Assembly (NCBI GenBank): GCA_964399085.1
Contig: CAYNPN010000006.1
Location: 1 to 54,631 of the forward strand
DNA from: Candidatus Hadarchaeota archaeon
GTDB taxonomy: Archaea; Hadarchaeota; Hadarchaeia; Hadarchaeales; JAGGTB01
Direction: 5' to 3'
Length of the DNA: 54,631 bases
Each line of letters starts with the position of its first letter. Within the stretch, counting starts at the first letter, position 1. The notes under the pieces were generated by a model. That model had not been told where the DNA came from, searched no databases, and was given only the letters and a program-made list of their open reading frames with translations. This document shows positions 1 through 8,541 of the stretch, piece by piece. The translations under genes and the position numbers were made by a program.

Positions 1-50
1 CATCACCCATCCCATCCACGATTGGGAAGGTGTCTTCTCCGACAAAAGAG
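1..50 (-). mobile_element. Left end of an IS200/IS605-family element (runs off the window edge)
   Basis: Closely similar to 50914-50963 (shared ACGATTGGGAAGGTGTCTTCTC). On the minus strand it is preceded by TTTAT (51-55) at the same spacing as in the second copy. Confidence 0.65.
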
Positions 51-114
51 ATAAATACTGGGAAGAGATTTCAAGCGAATTTTTTTATGATTAATTCCAA
101 GAGTGGAATGGTGT

Positions 115-252
115 GGGGCCGTGGTGTAGTCAGGCCTAGCATGGCAGGCTCCAGCGGTAATTTCAACTGCGGGTCTACTGATGGTCAAGATGATGACCCG
201 CTGGAGCTGACGAAGAGACCTGCAGCCCCCGGTTCAAATCCGGGCGGCCCCA
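115..252 (+). tRNA. trnW: tRNA-Trp(CCA) with ~63-nt intron (155-217) at position 37/38
   Basis: Acceptor stem GGGGCCG/CGGCCCC-A; anticodon arm GCAGG-CT-CCA-G|intron|A-CCTGC; T loop GGTTCAAATCC. Confidence 0.95.
155..217 (+). ncRNA. tRNA-Trp intron-encoded box C/D guide RNA
   Basis: CTGA at 178-181 and 207-210, TGATGA at 191-196. Guide TGCGGGTCT pairs with AGACCTGCA (216-224); guide CCGCTGGAG pairs with CTCCAGCGG (149-157). Confidence 0.8.
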
Positions 253-375
253 CTTTTACTTAGAAAGTAATCGATTCCTTGATGATAGACTGATTGAAAA
301 TAATCAATGTGAGCGATTTCGTTTTTCTAGATTGTTTTTCCATCGGGTTTTAAAGAAAATTTAGAAGGTGATATA

Positions 376-477
376 AAACCGGGAGGGGGTCACACAGACT
401 TGGCTGGAGGTGAGACATCACAGAAAAAAGATTTCTCAGTTTGAGGTCTCGCCATTGTCTCGACCTCCTCCCGGTTT
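376..477. other. Long imperfect inverted repeat / putative structured RNA
   Basis: AAACCGGGAGGGGGTC ... GACCTCCTCCCGGTTT closes an inner stem GGTGAGAC ... GTCTCGCC. Confidence 0.5.
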
Positions 478-700
478 AAGTAGGACGATTGTCGATACCA
501 CCTTCAACAATTAGATAAATTAACGGCGTTATATAAATCTTACCCGGTCTCGAAATAACGATGAATTCTTTTCACATCACTTGTAACTCCTTTGTGGTGT
601 TCGAATAATTGTCGAATTCGTGCCCGTAAACGGCCTGATTTTCTAAAAATCATCAATAGTTTTAATTCACAATTAAAATCTATTTTTAGGGTGTGGAAGA

Positions 701-1237
701 ATGTCAGAGGAAATGATTGAAGCGCAATGTCATGGAAAAAGGATAATAGTCCCCGACGAGTCCGAGGCCAATCAGATCCATCAGCATGGGTCAATGGGGA
801 AGCCATTGTCTGGCGGCCGTCTGCAGTTATCCCCGGTGGAGGCTCTTTATCTGGTGGAGAAGGGAAATATTCGCGTGATAGATGGGGAGGGTAAAAAGGA
901 GCTTGATTTCGATGATTTATCTTCAAAATTTGTCAAGGATGATTCCGACTTCCTTCTCAAATATAGAGCGTACAAGGACCTCAGGTCGAGAGGTCTCGTA
1001 GTCAAGACCGGGCTAAAGTACGGGACCCACTTCCGCGTTTACGAGCGTGGGGAGTCCCCCGGCTCGAGTCACTCCCCTTATCTCGTTCATGCCATTTCAG
1101 AGAACTCCGAACTTACCCCTCCCGAACTAGCCAGGGCCGTTCGTCTAGCTCATGGAGTCCGGAAACAGATGATTTTCGCAGTGGTCGATGATGAAGGAGA
1201 CGTAACTTACTACTCTCTCAGCCGAGAGAAAATGTGA
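701..1237 (+). CDS. endA: tRNA-intron endonuclease (short, alpha4-type size)
   Basis: LSPVEALYL, YKDLRSRG, KTGLKYGTHFRVY, H-S-x-YLV and VRLAHGVRK motifs; 178 aa. Confidence 0.95.
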   Translation: MSEEMIEAQCHGKRIIVPDESEANQIHQHGSMGKPLSGGRLQLSPVEALYLVEKGNIRVIDGEGKKELDFDDLSSKFVKDDSDFLLKYRAYKDLRSRGLVVKTGLKYGTHFRVYERGESPGSSHSPYLVHAISENSELTPPELARAVRLAHGVRKQMIFAVVDDEGDVTYYSLSREKM

Positions 1238-1395
1238 AAATGTTTTCACCAAGTCGATTACCTTTGGCACGGCAAAATAGAATTTTTGAAATTTCGTGGA
1301 TTGAACTGGTCAAAATCAGTTAAGTATAAACTCTCCTATTCCAAAGAACCTGAAGGTTAAATATTCCCAAAATGAATTAGCTGGTGAGGACAAAA

Positions 1396-2499
1396 ATGGC
1401 AGAGCAAATAGATCCTTGGGGCGAGGCTACTCCAGAGGACTACTCGGAACTAGAGGATGAATTTGGAATTGAATCTTTTGAGGAACTCATGGATGAAGTC
1501 CCTGATCCTAATCACCTAATGAGGAGGAAGATAATTTTTGGACACAGGGATTTTGATAGAGTTGTCGAGGCCATCAATAAGGGGAATAACTACGTCACAA
1601 TGACCGGCTTAATGCCCAGCGGTAAAATGCACCTCGGACATAAGATGGTGGTCGATCAATTGATATGGTACCAGAACCATGATGCCGAGATATACCTATG
1701 CGTCGCCGATTTGGAGGCCCACATAGCTAGGGACCTAAGCTTGGAGGAGGCGCGGAAATTTGCCGTTGACGAGTATTTGACCAATTATCAGGCTCTGGGT
1801 TTGGATATCGAGGAATGTCATGTATATTTTCAATCTCAAAGCGATCCCGTTCAGAGATTGGCGTATACCCTCGGAAAGAAGGTAAATTTCAGTGAGTTGA
1901 GAGCGATTTATGGTTTTGAAAATGATTCGGATGCATCGCATATTTTCTACCCCATGATAGATGTGGCCGATATTCTCAGACCGCAACTTGAAGAGTTTGA
2001 GGGACCTTCTCCTTCAGTTATTCCGGTAGGTATAGATCAAGACCCGCATATTCGATTGGCCCGTGATGTCGCCAGCCGGTTTGAAAACGAATTTGGCTTT
2101 CTCCCTCCCTCTTCTACATACAGCAGGTTGATTCCGGGACTGACCGGAGAAAAAATGTCTAGCAGTGAGCCGGAGAGTGCAATATTCTTGACGGATTCCG
2201 TCGAGGAAGTTGAGGAGAAAATAGCCGATGCCGTGACGGGCGGGAGACACACCATCGACGAGCAGAGGAAAAAGGGTGGTAAACCTGATGAGTGTATTAT
2301 TTACAGCCTATTCGTCTACCATTTAATCCCCGACGATGAGGAACTTCTTGAAATGAGAGAGTCTTGTGAATCAGGGGATATTATATGTGGAGAATGTAAA
2401 GAAAAAGCCGTCGAATTGCTAAAGGAATTCCTGGAGAGTCATCGGGAAAAAAGAGAGAATGCGGAAGATGTGGTCGAGGAAACATATTCGGCCGAGTGA
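1396..2499 (+). CDS. trpS: Tryptophanyl-tRNA synthetase
   Basis: PSGKMHLGH (HIGH), GIDQDPH and KMSSS motifs. Confidence 0.96.
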   Translation: MAEQIDPWGEATPEDYSELEDEFGIESFEELMDEVPDPNHLMRRKIIFGHRDFDRVVEAINKGNNYVTMTGLMPSGKMHLGHKMVVDQLIWYQNHDAEIYLCVADLEAHIARDLSLEEARKFAVDEYLTNYQALGLDIEECHVYFQSQSDPVQRLAYTLGKKVNFSELRAIYGFENDSDASHIFYPMIDVADILRPQLEEFEGPSPSVIPVGIDQDPHIRLARDVASRFENEFGFLPPSSTYSRLIPGLTGEKMSSSEPESAIFLTDSVEEVEEKIADAVTGGRHTIDEQRKKGGKPDECIIYSLFVYHLIPDDEELLEMRESCESGDIICGECKEKAVELLKEFLESHREKRENAEDVVEETYSAE

Positions 2500-2650
2500 T
2501 TTCGTCCTGGGGTGTGAGAGGGGTCCCCCCTTTTGAGACCCTATATCGTTTCATTTCTGAATATTTGGTTCTATCTGTAACGAGGCTATATGTTGAAAGT
2601 GCTTCTTGATTTTGATCTATACTTTTGATTTCCGGAACACTTAAATGTAA

Positions 2651-2671
2651 CTTACAACAAATAGTTGTAAG
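2651..2671. promoter_or_regulatory. Palindromic operator-like site inside the IS
   Basis: CTTACAAC-N5-GTTGTAAG between TATA-like TTAAAT (2641-2646) and the ATG at 2676. Confidence 0.5.
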
Positions 2672-2675
2672 AAAG

Positions 2676-2972
2676 ATGTCTAGATATGAGGGGTTAAAAG
2701 AAAAGGTGTATAAACTGGGAGAACTTTCTCCAGGCTCCATTCAGGAGAGACGGTTGACATGTGGTAATCCTGATTGTAAGTGTGCGAGGGGTGAGAAACA
2801 TGGTCCGTACTACTATTTCGCCTATCCAGGTAGGGAAACTGGAAAGACAAAACAGGTATCCATACCTAAAGATGTTGTCTCTGATTTGAAAAGACGGATT
2901 CAGAATTATGAGAAGTTCAGGGAGGAACTTTGGGAACTCGTGGAAATCGAGGTTGAGTTGAGAAAGGGGTGA
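2676..2972 (+). CDS. Small IS accessory protein, DUF6788-like (Cys/His motif plus C-terminal helix)
   Basis: GSIQERRLTCGNPDCKCARGEKHGPYYY motif; lies inside the IS, 4 bp upstream of the transposase. Confidence 0.75.
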   Translation: MSRYEGLKEKVYKLGELSPGSIQERRLTCGNPDCKCARGEKHGPYYYFAYPGRETGKTKQVSIPKDVVSDLKRRIQNYEKFREELWELVEIEVELRKG

Positions 2973-2976
2973 GAGT

Positions 2977-4749
2977 GTGTCGGGAGCCTCCGCCGCCATC
3001 TGCGAAGACTTTGATGTGTTGGCGGAGAGGCTCACCCCTTTCGCCCCGAGGGGAGAGACCAAGAGGAAGATGAGGAAGCTCCGTGAAGAGTACAGGGAGA
3101 AGGTTTCCAAATTCGACGATCTGCTTGAAGGGGAGAGGTTGTGTTGCCCCCGCCATATGGACAACGAGAAGGTCGTTATTACGGGTAACGGGAAAAAGGG
3201 GACGAAGAAGTTCGAATGCAGAAAGTGGCACGACCCGGAGCTTACCGGTCGGGACACCACGGATTTCATGTTCTCCACGTACACTTCCTACGAGGCGTAC
3301 AAGGTGTATCAGGACTTTCTCGTCGAAGCTTTGACCCTTCTGACGACCTGTGAGGGTTCTTGTGAGGGTGTGGCGAAGTACCTCAACATCTCGAAGCACA
3401 TGGTGGAACTCAGCGAACAGACGCTGCTCGACTACCTCGGGAGCGATGGAAAGGAGTCGGTCCAGATTAACGGTGACTTGGTCGTGATCTACGCGGACTT
3501 TTCAGGGACTCAGATCTCGAAAAATTCAGGGATAATAATGTCCAAGATTGGAGGGGAGGTCGCCTACAAGGTCTGCCCGACGATGAACTGGATGACTGGT
3601 TGGAACTTCGTGAAAGGTCTCAAGGAGAGGCTGGAGGCGGACGACGACGCCACGGTGGTGTTTATAACGGACGGAGGGAAGGCGTGGCTCGACCCCATTC
3701 AATCGTTCTTTCCCGAAGCTGTGCATGTCCGGCAGTTCCACTCGGAAAACAGCAGAGGAATTATATATGTTCATCTCCGCCACCAAGAGGAGCCGTACAC
3801 GGTTCGGTTCCCATGGGACGTGGTTCTGGACAAAGGTGTGACGAGCAAGGACGCTCAGAGGATGAGGAAGAGGAGGAAGCTTGGAAAAACGAAGCGCAAA
3901 AGCAGCCGTGAGGATATGGCTGAGCTTTCAGACGACATCATAGTCTGGGAAGGTATCGTCAAACACCCGAGAGGGAGGAGAAAGAAGGACAAGGGGGTGA
4001 CAGTAGCCGAGGCTATGAATGGAGAAAAAGAATCGGATGGGTCCGAAGATTTTCAGGAAGAGAAGGACTCTGAGGGTGCCAAAGACGATTCCGAGGGATC
4101 TGAAGAGACTTCGGAGAAAAAAGTGGAAAAGGAGGAGAGAAGGGTTATAGCCTCCGGTACTGACACCCCTAAGCGGATCTTCAAGGGGAAGCTTGAGGAA
4201 GCTAAGGAGATTCCGCCGGTCAAACGAGCTTTCTCGATCCTCAAAGAGGTTTTCGGCGGACACTACATCACTTCAAACACGGCAGAGGCGCTCTTCAACG
4301 TGAAGCCGCCTTTGAAAGCTCATAGGACCATGAAAAACGGAAAAGCCTTCGCCCAGATATTGCTCTTCCTCCGGACGAGGGTGAGAAAGAAGGATAGAGA
4401 CGATATCAAGTCCTTCTTCAAAAACGAAGTCGTAACTTACGAAAGACTTCGGAAAGTCTCTGTGAAGCGGAAGGGTCCACGACACGACGGTGTTGACCCG
4501 GAAGAAGTGGTGTTGAAAGCTTATCGAAACGACGACCCGGTGACCATCATCTACAAAGATCGAAATGGGACGAGAACGAGCAGAATGATAGAACCTCTGA
4601 AGATTAAAACCGAACCCTACTCCGGTGTCAGAAGAATCAAAAGCTACTGCCACCTCCGCCAAGAGAGGAGAACGTTCCTCCTCGAAAGAGTGGTTGACGC
4701 TATCCCGGCGGACACCGAACTCTCCGTAATCCCCAACGATAACCTATAA
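2977..4749 (+). CDS. DDE transposase (Zn-ribbon/HTH, IS256/ISH6-like core) with C-terminal WYL domain
   Basis: CCPRH...FECRKWH; HTH-like CEGVAKYLNISKHMV; D174 (YADFSG), D232 (ITDGG), FPEAVHVRQFH, E437 (TSNTAE); C-terminal IIYKDRNGTRTSRMIEPLKI...SYCHLRQERRTFLLERV. Confidence 0.85.
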   Translation: MSGASAAICEDFDVLAERLTPFAPRGETKRKMRKLREEYREKVSKFDDLLEGERLCCPRHMDNEKVVITGNGKKGTKKFECRKWHDPELTGRDTTDFMFSTYTSYEAYKVYQDFLVEALTLLTTCEGSCEGVAKYLNISKHMVELSEQTLLDYLGSDGKESVQINGDLVVIYADFSGTQISKNSGIIMSKIGGEVAYKVCPTMNWMTGWNFVKGLKERLEADDDATVVFITDGGKAWLDPIQSFFPEAVHVRQFHSENSRGIIYVHLRHQEEPYTVRFPWDVVLDKGVTSKDAQRMRKRRKLGKTKRKSSREDMAELSDDIIVWEGIVKHPRGRRKKDKGVTVAEAMNGEKESDGSEDFQEEKDSEGAKDDSEGSEETSEKKVEKEERRVIASGTDTPKRIFKGKLEEAKEIPPVKRAFSILKEVFGGHYITSNTAEALFNVKPPLKAHRTMKNGKAFAQILLFLRTRVRKKDRDDIKSFFKNEVVTYERLRKVSVKRKGPRHDGVDPEEVVLKAYRNDDPVTIIYKDRNGTRTSRMIEPLKIKTEPYSGVRRIKSYCHLRQERRTFLLERVVDAIPADTELSVIPNDNL

Positions 4750-4864
4750 CCTCTTTACAGATAGAACCGAATATTTAGGGGAAAGCTTTAAAAAGGAGGG
4801 TATAGAATTTTAAAAAGCGAAAAAATTAAGTATGGTAATTTTGTACAAAATCAAACTGTCCTAG

Positions 4865-4939
4865 GGGCCCGTGGCGCAGTCTGGCTAGCGCACCGGCCTT
4901 TTAAGCCGGCTGTCGCGGGTTCAAATCCCGCCGGGCCCG
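4865..4939 (+). tRNA. trnK: tRNA-Lys(TTT)
   Basis: GGGCCCG/CGGGCCC-G acceptor; CCGGC-CT-TTT-AA-GCCGG anticodon arm; GGTTCAAATCC. Confidence 0.96.
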
Positions 4940-4962
4940 CTGAGAAGTGATGGTGGATAATT

Positions 4963-5208
4963 GTGGCAAAAGAAGAAGAAGGGTTTGACGCAACGGATCA
5001 TAAGCTTGTGCCTGAGCACGAGGTACTTTCGGAGGAGGAAGCAGAAGAAGTGTTGGAAGAATATGAAATTGAGGCGACGCAGCTTCCGAAATTGGAGTCA
5101 AAGGACCCGGTAGCCAAGGAAATCGACGCTGAATCGGGAGACATAGTAAAAGTAATAAGGGATAGTGCCACTGCTGGAAAAAGTGTGGCTTATAGGTATG
5201 TAATATAG
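4963..5208 (+). CDS. rpoH: RNA polymerase subunit H (Rpo5)
   Basis: HKLVPEH, QLPK, DPVAK, GDIVKVIRDS.TAG...YRYV. Confidence 0.96.
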   Translation: MAKEEEGFDATDHKLVPEHEVLSEEEAEEVLEEYEIEATQLPKLESKDPVAKEIDAESGDIVKVIRDSATAGKSVAYRYVI

Positions 5209-5218
5209 AGGGAGATTA

Positions 5219-8200
5219 ATGGATACTTGGACACCCTTGAAACATTTTTTCAAAGAAAAAGGCTTGGTCAGGCAACATCTTGATTCTTACAATAGTTTCC
5301 TAGAAAAAGGCCTGCAGAGGGTTATCGATAATTATGGAGATAAACCGGAGGGCGGCTGGATTGAATTGGATATAGAGGATTTCGATGTAAAGCTCGACAA
5401 AATTCGAGTGGGAAGGCCTTCGGTTCGGGAGGCCGACGGTTCAAATCCCACTATTAATCCCAACGAAGCTCGACTTCGGAATCTCAACTATTCAGCGCCA
5501 CTCTATTTGGAGATGGCTCCAGTCGTCGAGGGTGAGGAAAGGGAAATGAAAGAGGTTTACATCGGTGATCTTCCTGTAATGGTCCAGTCCGATATATGTA
5601 CCCTGAGCGATTTGTCAAGGGAGGAAAGGATTGATGCTGGAGCCGATCCTCTGGACCCGGGCGGATATTTCATCGTAAACGGCACGGAAAGGGTTCTAGT
5701 TACTCAGGAGGATCTGGCATCAAACCGAATCTTGGTCGAAAGAGGAGGAAAAGGAGAAACTCAGGTTGCTAAGGTCTTTTCCTCTCAAGCTGGTTTCCGT
5801 GCTTTGGCGGTGGTGGAAAGAAAGAAGGACGCTCTTATTCATGTTTCGCTCCCCTCCGTTCCCGGTAACATTCCCTTCGTCGTCATGATGCGTGCCCTTG
5901 GGCTTGAAAGTGACAAGGACATTGTCAATGCCGTTTCCGAAGATCCGGATATATCCAAGGAATTCATCGAGAACCTCCAAGAGGAAACTGGAGTGCAAAC
6001 TCAGGAAGATGCACTGGACTTCATCGGTAAGAGGGTTGCTCGGGGACAGACAAAGGATTACAGAATAGAGAGGGCGGAGTCAGTTCTCAATAAATACCTG
6101 CTGCCACATATAGGATCGGACAAGGACGTTTGGGTAAGCAAGGCCTACTATCTCGGTAGAATGGCCGAACGCACGATTGAGCTCGCTCTGGATAGGAGAG
6201 GTGTCGATGATAAGGACCACTACTCCAACAAGAGACTAAAGCTTGCAGGAGATCTTATTGAGAATGTTTTCAGATTAGCCTTCATCAAATTAGCACGGGA
6301 CATCAAATATCAGCTTGAAAGAGCCGAGTCGCGTGGTAGAGAAATTAATGTCAAGACGGCTGCCCGAGCGGATGTATTGACGGAAAGAATACGCCACGCT
6401 CTGGCCACTGGTAATTGGCCAGGAGGCCGTACTGGTGTCAGCCAGCTGCTTGAAAGGACAAATTACGTTGGCACGCTTTCCCACTTGAGGAGAGTAGTAT
6501 CGCCGCTAAGTAGATCCCGTCCCCACTTCGAGGCTAGGGACCTTCATCCTACACATTGGGGTAGGATATGCCCATGTGAGACACCTGAAGGACCGAACTG
6601 TGGACTTGTAAAGAACTTCGCGCTGTCCGCTCTGGTTTCTACTGGGACCGATGAAGAGGAAGTGGAAAAAAGCCTACGTGAGCTGGGAGTCGAGAGATTG
6701 GAGAAAGGTGTTGATTGGGAAGGCAAGGCTCCAGTTTATCTCAACGGGAAATTGCTGGGACCTGCCCGGAATGGTAGAGATTTTGTACAGAATGTCAGAG
6801 AGAAAAGGAGAAACGCTGAGATTAGTGAACAGGTCAACGTTACATATTATCCGGAGACCAATGAAGTGATCGTCAGTTGTGACCAGGGTCGGGCGAGGCG
6901 TCCTTTAATTATAGTGGAAGATGGCGAACCTCAATTAACGGATGAAATTGTGGAACGCGTGGAAGACGGCGATATCAGTTGGGACGACTTGATCGGAGCC
7001 GGAGTGATTGAATATCTCGACGCGGAGGAAGAGGAAAATGCTTATGTTGCCGTTTCTCCCGAAGACGTGACGGAGGAACATACTCATCTGGAGCTGGATC
7101 CGATCGGCATGCTGGGAATAAGTGCAGCTCTAATTCCTTATGCTCAGCATAATCAGTCACCCCGAAATACCTATGGAGCGAACATGGCGAAGCAAGGACT
7201 AGGTCTTCCCGCTTCTAATTTCCAGACTAGGGTCGACACTCGATCACATCTTCTTCATTATCCACAGGAATCCTGTGTGGAAACCAGAATGATGGATGTG
7301 ATGAACTATAATGATAGACCGGCATGTCAGAATTTTGTTATCGCTCTGATGTCCTATGAAGGATACAACATGGAAGATGCCATCATCATGAATCAGGATT
7401 CTATAGATCGAGGCCTAGCCCGGTCAACTTTCTATAGACTTTACGAGACCGAGGAAGCACGATATCCGGGAGGCCAACTGGATAGATTGGAAAAACCGAG
7501 CGAGGAGATCCGAGGATACGCTGAAGAGGAACTTTACAGAAATCTGGACGAAGACGGACTTATACATCCGGGCTCAGAAATTAGGGGAAGAGATGTTCTG
7601 ATAGGAAAGACCAGTCCACCCCGCTTCCTTGAGGAAACTGACGAGTTCGGATTGGGAATGACCCATGCGAGGAGAGAAAGCTCCGAGCGGATGAGGCCCA
7701 ATGAGGAAGGAATTGTCGACATGTCCCTGCTGACCGAAAATATTGACGGAGACAAACTTGCCCGAATAAGGGTAAGAGACCCGAGAATACCCGAGATTGG
7801 GGACAAGTTCGCTTCAAGGCACGGCCAAAAGGGAGTAATCGGAATGGTCGTAAGAGGTGCGGACATGCCCTTTACAGAAAGCGGAATATCGCCAGATATC
7901 ATCCTTAACCCACACGCCATTCCCTCCCGAATGACCGTCGGACAGTTAATCGAGATGTTGGCAGGCAAGGCAGGATCTATGAGAGGGGAAAAAATTGACG
8001 GTAGCCCTTTCACAGGCACTTCGGAAGAAGAAATCAAGGAAATGTTGAAGGAGTATGGATTCAGAAAGACGGGTGAAGAGACGATGTATGATGGAAAGAC
8101 AGGGAAGAGACTCAAGGCCCAAATCTTCATGGGTGTTTGCCACTACAGGAAGCTCCACCACATGGTTTCGGACAAGATCCATGCTAGGGCGCGAGGGCCC

Positions 8201-8536
8201 TACCAGATGTTGGCCCGGCAGCCCACAGAAGGAAGGGCTCGAGAAGGTGGACTCCGATTCGGAGAGATGGAGAGAGACTGCCTGATTGGCCACGGTGCTG
8301 CAAGATTGCTCAAGGACAGGCTCCTAGATTCTTCGGATAGGTACATAGCCAAGATTTGCGAGGACTGTGGAAACTTCGCAGTGCACGATGAAAGGAGAGA
8401 TCAGACCTACTGTCCAGTTTGTGGAGAGGATTCCGAGATTAGCGAGGTTGAAACCTCTTATGCCTTTAAATTGTTAACTGATGAATTAAGATCAATGGGA
8501 TTAGCGCCCAGATTAAGATTAAAAGATAGAGGTTAG
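5219..8536 (+). CDS. rpoB: RNA polymerase subunit B (Rpo2, unsplit)
   Basis: GYFIVNG, CPCETPEG, GDKFASRHGQKG, GGLRFGEMERDC, C-terminal Zn ribbon; 1105 aa. Confidence 0.98.
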   Translation: MDTWTPLKHFFKEKGLVRQHLDSYNSFLEKGLQRVIDNYGDKPEGGWIELDIEDFDVKLDKIRVGRPSVREADGSNPTINPNEARLRNLNYSAPLYLEMAPVVEGEEREMKEVYIGDLPVMVQSDICTLSDLSREERIDAGADPLDPGGYFIVNGTERVLVTQEDLASNRILVERGGKGETQVAKVFSSQAGFRALAVVERKKDALIHVSLPSVPGNIPFVVMMRALGLESDKDIVNAVSEDPDISKEFIENLQEETGVQTQEDALDFIGKRVARGQTKDYRIERAESVLNKYLLPHIGSDKDVWVSKAYYLGRMAERTIELALDRRGVDDKDHYSNKRLKLAGDLIENVFRLAFIKLARDIKYQLERAESRGREINVKTAARADVLTERIRHALATGNWPGGRTGVSQLLERTNYVGTLSHLRRVVSPLSRSRPHFEARDLHPTHWGRICPCETPEGPNCGLVKNFALSALVSTGTDEEEVEKSLRELGVERLEKGVDWEGKAPVYLNGKLLGPARNGRDFVQNVREKRRNAEISEQVNVTYYPETNEVIVSCDQGRARRPLIIVEDGEPQLTDEIVERVEDGDISWDDLIGAGVIEYLDAEEEENAYVAVSPEDVTEEHTHLELDPIGMLGISAALIPYAQHNQSPRNTYGANMAKQGLGLPASNFQTRVDTRSHLLHYPQESCVETRMMDVMNYNDRPACQNFVIALMSYEGYNMEDAIIMNQDSIDRGLARSTFYRLYETEEARYPGGQLDRLEKPSEEIRGYAEEELYRNLDEDGLIHPGSEIRGRDVLIGKTSPPRFLEETDEFGLGMTHARRESSERMRPNEEGIVDMSLLTENIDGDKLARIRVRDPRIPEIGDKFASRHGQKGVIGMVVRGADMPFTESGISPDIILNPHAIPSRMTVGQLIEMLAGKAGSMRGEKIDGSPFTGTSEEEIKEMLKEYGFRKTGEETMYDGKTGKRLKAQIFMGVCHYRKLHHMVSDKIHARARGPYQMLARQPTEGRAREGGLRFGEMERDCLIGHGAARLLKDRLLDSSDRYIAKICEDCGNFAVHDERRDQTYCPVCGEDSEISEVETSYAFKLLTDELRSMGLAPRLRLKDRG

Positions 8537-8541
8537 GTAAT

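Larger units (their letters stand above)
2567..4768 (+). mobile_element. Insertion sequence (IS256/ISH6-like DDE) with two ORFs, 24-bp TIRs and 8-bp TSD
   Basis: Left TIR GGTTCTATCTGTAACGAGGCTATA (2567-2590); right TIR reverse complement GGTTCTATCTGTAAAGAGGTTATA (4745-4768), 22/24 identical. Direct repeat GAATATTT at 2559-2566 and 4769-4776. Confidence 0.93.

Noticed and set aside
30-263. 77-aa and 61-aa ORFs at the window start
   Set aside because: They overlap tRNA-Trp and the IS end; shadow ORFs.
376-500. Fluoride or c-di-GMP riboswitch assignment for the hairpin
   Set aside because: The conserved core motifs could not be matched by eye on either strand.
2694-4662. Several minus-strand ORFs up to 196 aa inside the IS
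   Set aside because: Antisense to the transposase with no recognisable motifs.
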